Below are positions 1-8,002 of a stretch of DNA of 64,000 bases, in pieces (position 1 is the stretch's first letter; every line of letters begins with the position of its first letter). The translations under genes were made by a program, and so were the position numbers. The DNA lies in contig CAZAJQ010000001.1 in NCBI GenBank assembly GCA_964485795.1, positions 78,014 through 142,013 on the forward strand. Reading direction: 5' to 3'. The DNA is from an uncultured Gammaproteobacteria bacterium. GTDB taxonomy: Bacteria > Patescibacteriota > Patescibacteriia > VMEV01 > CAZAJQ01. Below the pieces are notes generated by a model. The model made no database searches. It was not told where the DNA came from and saw nothing but the letters and a program-made list of their open reading frames with translations.

Positions 1-1370
1 ACGGTGAGCATTCCCTGCGAAATGTGAGGTTTGAACCCCAGAGACGCAAGAATTTCGCTGATTTGCGATTCCGGGATGGCGATACCGATTTTTTTTCGGA
101 TCATCTCGAGCGAAAGCGTCATTGACAAAGCCTTTTCTTTTTCGGGGGCGCGCATATCCGCGATGCGCGATGCCACGACCGCTTGCGGAATATGTTCGGT
201 GATCAGGGCTATGGCGCGTAAAAGCGCCAGACGAGTCGTTTCCGGATCAAGATTTTTTTCAAAACGCGAAGACGCTTCGGAACGCAATGCAAGCCGTTGT
301 GAAGTTTTTCGAATTTTTTTTGGATCAAAATGAGCGGCCTCGATGACAAGCGTGCGAGTGCCTTCATGCACTTCAGTATTTTTGCCCCCCATGATACCCG
401 CCAAATCAACCGTTGTATCTCCGACTGATATGACCAAATCATCGGCGAAAAGCGCATACGACTTGCCATTGATGGCTTCAAAATTTTCTCCGTTTTGCGC
501 CGTATGCACGGCGATCGTCTCTCCGCCCAATAAGTCGAAATCGTACATATGCAACGGCTGTCCGGTTTCCAGCATGACGAAATTTCCGATATCCACCAAA
601 ATGTTTTTCGGTCGCACGCCCAAAACGCGCAAACGCGAAGAGAGCCACTTCGGCGACGGACCAACCGAAACGTTATTGATCTTTACCGCCATGAAACGTT
701 CGGATAACGACGAATCCGAAATCCGCACCTCGAGAGGTTCTCTTCCCGCCGCGGCGGGTTCCTCCGCACGATAGTCTTTCAGAGAAGTTTTCAGGACGGC
801 CGCAAGCTCTCTTGCCATGCCGTAATGCCCCCAAAGATCGGGTCTATGCGTAATCGCCTTATGGTCCACCGTGAGAATGATATCGTCGAGTCCCAAAGCG
901 TCCGCGACCGTGCTTCCCACAGTCGCTTGCGACTCCGTAATATCCAAAACCGGTCTCTCGGACAAGGCTTGCTCGTCCATGCCAATCTCGCTTGCCGAGC
1001 AAATCATGCCCGAGCTCATGACGCCGCGAATCTTCGTTTCGCGGATTTCGACGAGCTCCTCTCCCCGCTTGACCTTGGCGCCGATATCGGCAAAAACCAC
1101 GAGCATATCCAAGCGCAGATTATCGCCTCCGCAAACGACTTCAACGGTCTTTGACGGTCCGATTTCCACGGAAACCACCTGCAGTTTATCCGCGTCCGGA
1201 TGGGGTTTGATCTCTACGGTACGGCCGACGACCATATGCTCGAGATTGGCTCCGAGCTTTTTGACATGATCGATCTCAACGCTTTTGGTCGTCAAAAACG
1301 TGGCGATTTCACCTGCCGTGAAATCGCCCGTATCGACGAATTGTTGGAGCCATTTGAGGGAGAGCAACAT
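1..1370 (-). CDS. pheT: Phenylalanine--tRNA ligase beta subunit (3' end runs off the window)
   Basis: Manual translation from ATG at 1370: MLLSLKWLQQFVDTGDFTAGEIATFLTTKSVEID...HPDADKL...VVCGG...IRGVMSSGMICS...THRPDLWGHYGMARE; directly downstream of pheS. Confidence 0.95.
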   Translation of the reverse strand, partial: MLLSLKWLQQFVDTGDFTAGEIATFLTTKSVEIDHVKKLGANLEHMVVGRTVEIKPHPDADKLQVVSVEIGPSKTVEVVCGGDNLRLDMLVVFADIGAKVKRGEELVEIRETKIRGVMSSGMICSASEIGMDEQALSERPVLDITESQATVGSTVADALGLDDIILTVDHKAITHRPDLWGHYGMARELAAVLKTSLKDYRAEEPAAAGREPLEVRISDSSLSERFMAVKINNVSVGPSPKWLSSRLRVLGVRPKNILVDIGNFVMLETGQPLHMYDFDLLGGETIAVHTAQNGENFEAINGKSYALFADDLVISVGDTTVDLAGIMGGKNTEVHEGTRTLVIEAAHFDPKKIRKTSQRLALRSEASSRFEKNLDPETTRLALLRAIALITEHIPQAVVASRIADMRAPEKEKALSMTLSLEMIRKKIGIAIPESQISEILASLGFKPHISQGMLT

Positions 1371-1444
1371 AGATAAAGCAGTACGTTCACCGTTTGGGGG
1401 CCACCATACGCTGATAATACTCACGCAGGGGAAGGCCGGACGAT

Positions 1445-2464
1445 TTAAAACTGCTGCAAAAATCGTATATCTCCGGAATTGAGGAGACGAATATCCGGTA
1501 TCCCGTACCTGAGAACCACGAGTCTCATCAAACCCAGCCCGAAAGCAAATCCCGAGTACTTGATATGGTCAATGCCGGCGTTTTCCAAAACTTGCGGATG
1601 AATCATGCCGCAACCCAAAGTCTCGACCCATCCGGAATGTTTGCATACTTGGCAACCTTTACCGCCGCAGATGAGGCAATCAATGTCCAGCTCAAAACCC
1701 GGCTCGACAAAAGGAAAGTAGCTCGGGCGAAGTCGCATCTGCACATCGCGCTTGAATATGCCCGACAGCATAGTCCGGAGCGTGCCGATCAAGTCCGTGA
1801 TGGAGATATTCTCATCCACGACGAATCCTTCGAGCTGATTGAGCGTATGCTCATGCGATGCGTCGGTGGCCTCATAACGGTACACGCGACCCGGAACAAT
1901 GCCGCGAAACGGAACGCCGTATTCGGTCAAAGCTCTCACCTGCATGGCCGACGTATGCGTGCGCAAAAGCAATGTATCATCGATCCAAAACGTATCATGC
2001 ATATCCCTCGCCGGATGCAAGAGAGGGATGTTGAGCGAGGTGAAATTCGCGTATTCGGAATCCACTTCCGGTCCGTCCAGCACGAGAAACCCCATGGACG
2101 TGAAGATGTCTTCGATCTCGTACTGAACCTGACTCAAAGGATGCAGATGTCCGAGCTCCTGCGGCACCATCCCCGGTAAGGTAATGTCCAATCGCTCACT
2201 CAGCCCGGCAATCGAAATCGCGGATAATTCGTCATGCTTATCCGCCAAAGCTTTTTCCAAAATCTCACGGGTTTTATTGGCGGCCGAGCCAATGGATTTT
2301 TTTTCTTCCGCGGAAAGATCTTTGATTTTTTTTAATATCTCATTGAGCTCTCCCTGTTTCCTACCCAAATATCGAGTATGAATATCCGAAAGCTCCGTCT
2401 TGGCAGCGGCTTTTTTGATCGCGAGCAGTGCATTTTTCTGGATTTCGGCAATGGATTCAAGCAT
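1445..2464 (-). CDS. pheS: Phenylalanine--tRNA ligase alpha subunit
   Basis: HPARDMHDTF, LLRTHTS, FPFVEPG, GFAFGLGLMR motifs; start set at MLESIAE (ATG 2464), downstream of the predicted promoter. Confidence 0.97.
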   Translation of the reverse strand: MLESIAEIQKNALLAIKKAAAKTELSDIHTRYLGRKQGELNEILKKIKDLSAEEKKSIGSAANKTREILEKALADKHDELSAISIAGLSERLDITLPGMVPQELGHLHPLSQVQYEIEDIFTSMGFLVLDGPEVDSEYANFTSLNIPLLHPARDMHDTFWIDDTLLLRTHTSAMQVRALTEYGVPFRGIVPGRVYRYEATDASHEHTLNQLEGFVVDENISITDLIGTLRTMLSGIFKRDVQMRLRPSYFPFVEPGFELDIDCLICGGKGCQVCKHSGWVETLGCGMIHPQVLENAGIDHIKYSGFAFGLGLMRLVVLRYGIPDIRLLNSGDIRFLQQF

Positions 2465-2477
2465 AAGTATGACGGCC

Positions 2478-2528
2478 AGTATACCAAGGGAGGTTGGTTT
2501 TGACAATATGGAATCCGTACGATAACGT
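2478..2528. promoter_or_regulatory. Divergent sigma70-like promoters with overlapping -35 boxes (pheS / trpS)
   Basis: Minus strand TTGTCA(2506-2501)-17-TATACT(2483-2478); plus strand TTGACA(2500-2505)-17-TAACGT(2523-2528). Confidence 0.6.
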
Positions 2529-2540
2529 GAAAAGAAGTCG

Positions 2541-2643
2541 AGTACTTAGTTCTCAGTTCTCAGTTCTCAGTACTCAGTACTTACTGCTGAGTACTTACTG
2601 CTGAGAACTGACTGCTGTGAACTTACTGCTGAGTACTGACTAC
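2541..2643. repeat. Heptamer tandem repeat array (AGTTCTC/AGTACTC, then ACTGCTG/AGTACTT), partly self-complementary
   Basis: 7-nt periodicity read directly in the trpS leader. Confidence 0.9.
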
Positions 2644-2653
2644 TTTCCCTCAT

Positions 2654-3640
2654 ATGAAACGCATCCTCAGCGGCATACAAGCCAGCGGAGATCTCCATAT
2701 CGGCAATTACTTGGGAGCCTTGAAACATTGGGTATCGCTTCAAAATGAACATGAGGCCTTGTACGGCATCGTGGATCTGCATGCCATCACGGTAAGTCAA
2801 AATCCGGAAGCCTTGCGAAAAAATACGATGGAAGCGGCAAAGATTTTTCTCGCTTGCGGAGTCGATCCGAAAAAAAGCGCCATATTCGTGCAATCCCATA
2901 TCCTTGAGCATGCCAATCTGGGATGGATTTTCACCACGCTCACCAAAATGTCGGAGATGAGTAAAATGACGCAATTCAAAGATAAATCGCAAAAGCACAG
3001 CGAAAACATCAATGTCGGACTTTTCTCCTACCCGATTCTCATGTCTGCCGATATTCTTCTGTACCGGGCCGATCTTGTTCCCGTGGGAGACGATCAGACC
3101 CAGCATCTTGAGTTTTGCCGCAATATCGCCGCGCGATTCAACCGCATCTATGGGAACACCTTTGTCGTCCCCGAGCAATACACGCCAAAAACCGGCGCAA
3201 GGATCATGGGGCTTGATGATCCGTCGGTAAAAATGTCAAAAAGCGCGTCATCGCCCAATAACTTCATCTCATTGCGCGACGATGCCGACACGATACGCAA
3301 AAAAATCGGCAGAGCCGTCACCGATTCGGGAAATGAAATTCGCGCCGGAAAAGATAAGCCGGCGATGAGCAATCTTGTCAATATTTACAGCGGATTTTCC
3401 GATCTTTCGGCTCCTGCCGTTCAAAGCCGATTTCAAGGGAAAACGTATAAGGAGTTCAAAGACTCCCTTGCCGAGCTTCTCATCGAAAACCTTTCCCCCA
3501 TCCAAGCGAAAATGGCCGACTATGATCGTCATGAGGACGCCGTGTTTGACGCGTTGAAAAAAGGCGCCGCAAAGGCCTCGGAGATCGCGACGAAAACGTA
3601 TGAGGAAGTGAAAGAAAAGATGGGATTTTTACCTTTATAA
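2654..3640 (+). CDS. trpS: Tryptophan--tRNA ligase
   Basis: HIGN and KMSKS motifs, YPILMSADIL, VPVGDDQTQH. Confidence 0.98.
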   Translation: MKRILSGIQASGDLHIGNYLGALKHWVSLQNEHEALYGIVDLHAITVSQNPEALRKNTMEAAKIFLACGVDPKKSAIFVQSHILEHANLGWIFTTLTKMSEMSKMTQFKDKSQKHSENINVGLFSYPILMSADILLYRADLVPVGDDQTQHLEFCRNIAARFNRIYGNTFVVPEQYTPKTGARIMGLDDPSVKMSKSASSPNNFISLRDDADTIRKKIGRAVTDSGNEIRAGKDKPAMSNLVNIYSGFSDLSAPAVQSRFQGKTYKEFKDSLAELLIENLSPIQAKMADYDRHEDAVFDALKKGAAKASEIATKTYEEVKEKMGFLPL

Positions 3641-3660
3641 AAGAAATTTATCGTCAATGC

Positions 3661-3695
3661 ATAAAAAAAATCCTGCGCATGCGGGATTTTTTATT
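3661..3695. terminator. Bidirectional intrinsic terminator
   Basis: A-tract, TCCTGC-GCAT-GCGGGA hairpin, T-tract, between convergent trpS and kinase genes. Confidence 0.85.
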
Positions 3696-3708
3696 GATAA
3701 AAACATAC

Positions 3709-5679
3709 TTATGAAATTTTTGGCTTCAAAGGTATGCGAAACACAAACTTCGATCCTTTTCCGATGCCTTCACTCTCCGCCCAAATGCTCCCGCCATGGG
3801 CTTCTACGATTTTTTTGCCGACAAAAAGCCCCAGCCCCGTTCCCTCGGTGTGAACCACATGAATGCCCGAGCCTCGGGCGAATTTTTGAAAAAGTCGTCC
3901 GATATCCTGAGGTTCGATGCCGCGACCCGTATCTTGGCAGACAAACTCGATTTCAGATCCGAGCCGATTCATAAAAATGTCTATTTTCCCTTTGTCCGTA
4001 TATTTGACGGCATTGTCGATCACATTGAGGATCACCTGTCGAAGTTTTTGTTCATCCGCGTGAATCTTTGGCAATTTCTTTTTTGGAATATGGATTTCAA
4101 ATCCCAGTCCCTTGTTTTGCGCCATGCGATCCAGCCCTTCGGCCACGGATCGCACGAGTATTTCAAACGACAGCGGGGCAAACGAGTATTTCATGCGACC
4201 GCTTTCGATGCGTGAGATATCGAGCAGATCATTCACCAAGGCAATGAGCCGATCCGTGGATTCGACCACTTTTTGCAACACTTCCCGCAATTTTTGCGGC
4301 ACGACTCCAAAAAAATTCTCATTGACCATTGATAGGTATCCCTTGATGACGGTAAGCGGGGTTCGAAGCTGGTGGGACGCGATGGAGATGAACTCGGATT
4401 TCGCTTCGTCGAATTGTCGCAGCTGGTTATTCGCCGCCTCCAGTTCGGCCGATTTTTCCGCGAGTTCATTCACGTTTTTTTCGATTTGCGCGTACAGTTT
4501 CGTATTCTCAAGCGTCAGACCGAGATTGTTGGCGAAGTTGGTCACGATATCCTGATCTCTCTTCGTGATATCCGAACCGTTGCGACTGCAAACAAAAATC
4601 AATATCCCGACCGCAATGCCTCCGCGGGATCGCAGGGGCACGGCGATAACGCTTCGCGCCTTTGCGAGTTTTGCGATGGTTTCGATGATCCGAGACGAGA
4701 TGATGCCGGAAAAAGCTTTTGAAAAACCGTCGACGATATGGATCTCGTTTGACAAAAAGGTTTGAGCGAGAGGGTTTTTCGCATCTACCGGCAAGGTATA
4801 ATCGCGGAAATCCTTTTTGAGGAGTTTGAGGGATTTGTCCACGAGGTCGGATTTTGTGATGGCAAAAGCTCGGAGGTGATTGAGGTCTTTTTCATAAAGT
4901 GCTATGGTGGCGCTGGAATATTCCAAGTGCAAAAATTTCTGCGGCACGCTGTCCAAGATATTTTGCACGACTTCATTGGTTCTGAGGCTTGAGATGGAGA
5001 TTGTGGAAATTTGAAAAAGAGCTTGAAGGTCTTTGTTTTTGTTGTCGAGAGCCGTCACTTGCGACTCAATGCGTTCAAATGATTGAGCGTTGTTGATAGC
5101 TATGCCCGTAAATATAGAAAATGTATTAATTCCCCTTAGGTCTCGATGAGCTATTTTTCTAGAAAATGTAATTAATAGAACACCATTGATCTGATTTTGA
5201 AATTTTATTGGAAGACAAATACATGATTTAACATTGGAAATTTTTGACATTAGCCTAGCTGTAGTTATAGAAACAGTTGGAGATATAAAATCCTCCAGCT
5301 TATCACCAATAAAAATTTTATCTTTTTTTATGCACTCTCCTACATAATTTTTCGGATGAGCGTAATCAAAAAAATGTTCACGAAATGGTTTTCCTAAATA
5401 TTTTAAAGCATGCTTTACATTTCTATTAGAGGTCGTGACTGTATACGAAAAAGCCAATTGTTTGTTTTTATCAATTAAAAAAAGAACTCCACCAACGCCT
5501 CCAAGTCGCTCGTTCATTAAATCTACAATTTGTTGTGATAACAATCTAAAATCTAGATTACTAATGAGCAGCTGCCCAATTTCCTCAATCAAACTCAAAT
5601 AAGTATCGTCAAAATTTATACGACTATTTTTTTCAGAACTCAATTGAGTTTTTGATTTTTTGAAAAAATTAAAAAACAT
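3709..5679 (-). CDS. Cytoplasmic GAF-GAF-HisKA-HATPase sensor histidine kinase
   Basis: H-box FISIASHQLRTPL, N-box NVIDNAVKYT, DTGRGI, GTGLGL; two GAF-like repeats; no obvious TM helix. Confidence 0.93.
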   Translation of the reverse strand: MFFNFFKKSKTQLSSEKNSRINFDDTYLSLIEEIGQLLISNLDFRLLSQQIVDLMNERLGGVGGVLFLIDKNKQLAFSYTVTTSNRNVKHALKYLGKPFREHFFDYAHPKNYVGECIKKDKIFIGDKLEDFISPTVSITTARLMSKISNVKSCICLPIKFQNQINGVLLITFSRKIAHRDLRGINTFSIFTGIAINNAQSFERIESQVTALDNKNKDLQALFQISTISISSLRTNEVVQNILDSVPQKFLHLEYSSATIALYEKDLNHLRAFAITKSDLVDKSLKLLKKDFRDYTLPVDAKNPLAQTFLSNEIHIVDGFSKAFSGIISSRIIETIAKLAKARSVIAVPLRSRGGIAVGILIFVCSRNGSDITKRDQDIVTNFANNLGLTLENTKLYAQIEKNVNELAEKSAELEAANNQLRQFDEAKSEFISIASHQLRTPLTVIKGYLSMVNENFFGVVPQKLREVLQKVVESTDRLIALVNDLLDISRIESGRMKYSFAPLSFEILVRSVAEGLDRMAQNKGLGFEIHIPKKKLPKIHADEQKLRQVILNVIDNAVKYTDKGKIDIFMNRLGSEIEFVCQDTGRGIEPQDIGRLFQKFARGSGIHVVHTEGTGLGLFVGKKIVEAHGGSIWAESEGIGKGSKFVFRIPLKPKIS

Positions 5680-5757
5680 TTTATATGTTTATCTCCCCAG
5701 AACGTATCTCAACCGTAACAAAAGGACATCGAAACAGGCAAGGATATATGCTAAAGT

Positions 5758-5922
5758 TCAACTCCACTCCAGCAAAGATTTTTCAATGTCTGTAAAAATC
5801 GAGTCAATCTCTCTCCACCTCAATTTTGATGTATCATAATATCGATAAGAAAATTCTTCATGTTCGCATACCCCGAGTGAAGGTTTAGTTATTTTTTTAA
5901 CACGACTAAAAAGGCAAGACAC
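5758..5922 (-). CDS. Possible 54-aa peptide (GTG start; ends ...KSLLEWS)
   Basis: Manually translated open frame in AT-rich intergenic DNA, shorter than anything in the ORF track; no RBS visible. Confidence 0.25.
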   Translation of the reverse strand: MSCLFSRVKKITKPSLGVCEHEEFSYRYYDTSKLRWREIDSIFTDIEKSLLEWS

Positions 5923-5946
5923 TACATGCGCTGAATTTAGAATCTT

Positions 5947-7011
5947 TCAATATATCTTTAATAACTTATATACACGTTCTTTTACGAGAACATAGTTACT
6001 TGGAAATAAATCGGCATAGTAGAGGCTTAAATATTTGCCAAACGAATACAATGAAGTGCAGACATTATTATTAACTTTATTGCATGAAATAGTAAAATCT
6101 TCAACTATATTTGCATAGTCAACATAAGTTAATTTTAATGTCCTAATATAAGACCAATCCCCCGTTACATCATCCTCAAATATATCAGTTAATTGATCCC
6201 CTGCTACATTAATAACTTTCAAAAGTAATAATATTTTTTTTATTTCTTTGAGATCATCCAGAGAAATATAATTTGGATGTGACTGAACCCATTCAATAAG
6301 TAAAAAATAAAAAATTGCAGCAAGGGGAGTATTTGCTACAATTTGACAAGCAGAAAAGTTTTCTACATTTACTTTATTACATATTGACCTTAATTGATGA
6401 ATCTCCTGTGCTAAGTAATCATTATTTTGAAAAATTTTCTGAGACATTTTTTCTTTATAAAGTAATCTGCTCTCCCCAGCAATAATTTGCATCTTGCAAC
6501 AATTCTCTATTTCAAATACATAATATTCCTCTAAAATCTTAATTAACTGATTACGAATCAATGGCTTCCAAATTCGCGCTTTCCAGACCCACCTATTTAG
6601 GACTTCATCAATACCACCAAAATATTTAGAAATCTCTTTTTCAACTTTAATTTTTTTTCCTTGTCTCAAAAACGGGCTCCCTAATATTTTTAGATATAGG
6701 TTATCTAAACACTTATAATCATTCAATTTCATTTTATCAATTATATCGTCCAAAAGATCAAATAAAAAAATATTGTAAGATATGAATGATATTATTTTTC
6801 TCTGAGTCTCCGTGTTATCGAATAATAAAGAAAAATAAGAGGTTACTTTAGGGTACGGCTTTTTTAAAATTAGCGACTCGTGAATAAAGTTATAGGTTCT
6901 TTCTAAGATTAGCCCTTTGATTACATCCCGTTCAAGGCAAAAAAGTTCATTTTGAATTATTAAATCCACTTCAGTATTAATTTCTTCAATATTAAAATTT
7001 GCTCTTGACAT
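5947..7011 (-). CDS. Class I isoprenoid synthase (prenyltransferase/terpene synthase) fold protein
   Basis: Helical-looking 354-aa protein with Asp-rich motifs FDLLDDIID and GDQLTDIFEDDVTGD. Confidence 0.65.
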   Translation of the reverse strand: MSRANFNIEEINTEVDLIIQNELFCLERDVIKGLILERTYNFIHESLILKKPYPKVTSYFSLLFDNTETQRKIISFISYNIFLFDLLDDIIDKMKLNDYKCLDNLYLKILGSPFLRQGKKIKVEKEISKYFGGIDEVLNRWVWKARIWKPLIRNQLIKILEEYYVFEIENCCKMQIIAGESRLLYKEKMSQKIFQNNDYLAQEIHQLRSICNKVNVENFSACQIVANTPLAAIFYFLLIEWVQSHPNYISLDDLKEIKKILLLLKVINVAGDQLTDIFEDDVTGDWSYIRTLKLTYVDYANIVEDFTISCNKVNNNVCTSLYSFGKYLSLYYADLFPSNYVLVKERVYKLLKIY

Positions 7012-7014
7012 ATT

Positions 7015-7908
7015 TTACAGCTTTGCTTTCAAATCTTCTTTTCGACTTTTTAAAGTTTTACTAATCACATGATATAAACTCCTTACATATAGATTATATT
7101 GTTGGGAGATACAATCAAATTCCTCTTCAAGATTCTTTAAATCCACAATACTTGCATCTTTTAATTTTGCAGAATAATTTGATATGTAGTCGGAATATTT
7201 TTCAACTTCATCAATAAAACACGCAAAAGCGTGGTTTATTTTCGTGAATTTTCGCTCAAGATTTTCATAATTATACTTTAACCCCAAGAGACTTCCTTGT
7301 AGAGAACTAAATCTTTCAATAAACTTGATATCATTATCTCCAAATTTCACCTTTCCATGCACTTGAATGACACCAAAAAATTCTCCATTACAAAATAATG
7401 GTACAGCCAATATATCTTTTATCCCTATAAACTTATTAATCCAAATCGAAAATTTTTTATTTACAATTGGAGCAATAAATTCAGAAATATCACTTCCTCT
7501 CATTTCCCTCTTATAGGACACCACATCAATAAGCTTATTTTTAACTGTGTTATCAAGTGGAAACTTATGCTTTTGGAAAGTCATCGGAAGCCTACTACTC
7601 ACCAAGACACTTTTCTTCGTTCTTGAAAAAGCAAAAGATTGCAAACAATTCTGATCTTTGAGATGAATATAAAATATTATTCCTGCGTATTTCTTCGGTA
7701 TATTCTTTACAAGCAAATCAACAACAATTTGAGCCAATTCATCAAAACTCATGTCCGTTAGGATTTCCTGAGTAATTTTTTCCAAAGCCTCCGCCAGCTT
7801 CTCGCCGGTTTGGTAACTCATGAGCTGTGACTCCTTCTCTTGGAGCAACTCTACCAGCTGAGCTTTGGTGTAATGTTGATATTTTTGCTTTTTCATAGAG
7901 TCAATCAT
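7015..7908 (-). CDS. Stand-alone GAF-domain protein with flanking coiled coils
   Basis: IKDILAVPLFCNGEFFGVIQV GAF signature; resembles both GAFs of the kinase; start could be 7896. Confidence 0.75.
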   Translation of the reverse strand: MIDSMKKQKYQHYTKAQLVELLQEKESQLMSYQTGEKLAEALEKITQEILTDMSFDELAQIVVDLLVKNIPKKYAGIIFYIHLKDQNCLQSFAFSRTKKSVLVSSRLPMTFQKHKFPLDNTVKNKLIDVVSYKREMRGSDISEFIAPIVNKKFSIWINKFIGIKDILAVPLFCNGEFFGVIQVHGKVKFGDNDIKFIERFSSLQGSLLGLKYNYENLERKFTKINHAFACFIDEVEKYSDYISNYSAKLKDASIVDLKNLEEEFDCISQQYNLYVRSLYHVISKTLKSRKEDLKAKL

Positions 7909-8002
7909 ACCATATTTTCCCTCTTTTTTTGCTTTTTATGAAATCCCGTGAGATGATTCTTTTCAAGACCTTTCATCTTATTTTTTTCAATTTTCAAAAC
8001 CT

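Noticed and set aside
2530-2653. T-box riboswitch upstream of trpS or pheS
   Set aside because: No T-box consensus (GGTGGNACCGCG) seen; the leader is repeat DNA
2567-3178. 203-aa minus ORF with SQYSAVSSQQ tail
   Set aside because: Antisense to trpS; the tail is translated heptamer repeat
5689-5949. TGA readthrough (genetic code 25) extending the synthase
   Set aside because: No in-frame TGA inside any conserved gene in the window; TGA terminates ligA, recG, mvk and gatA
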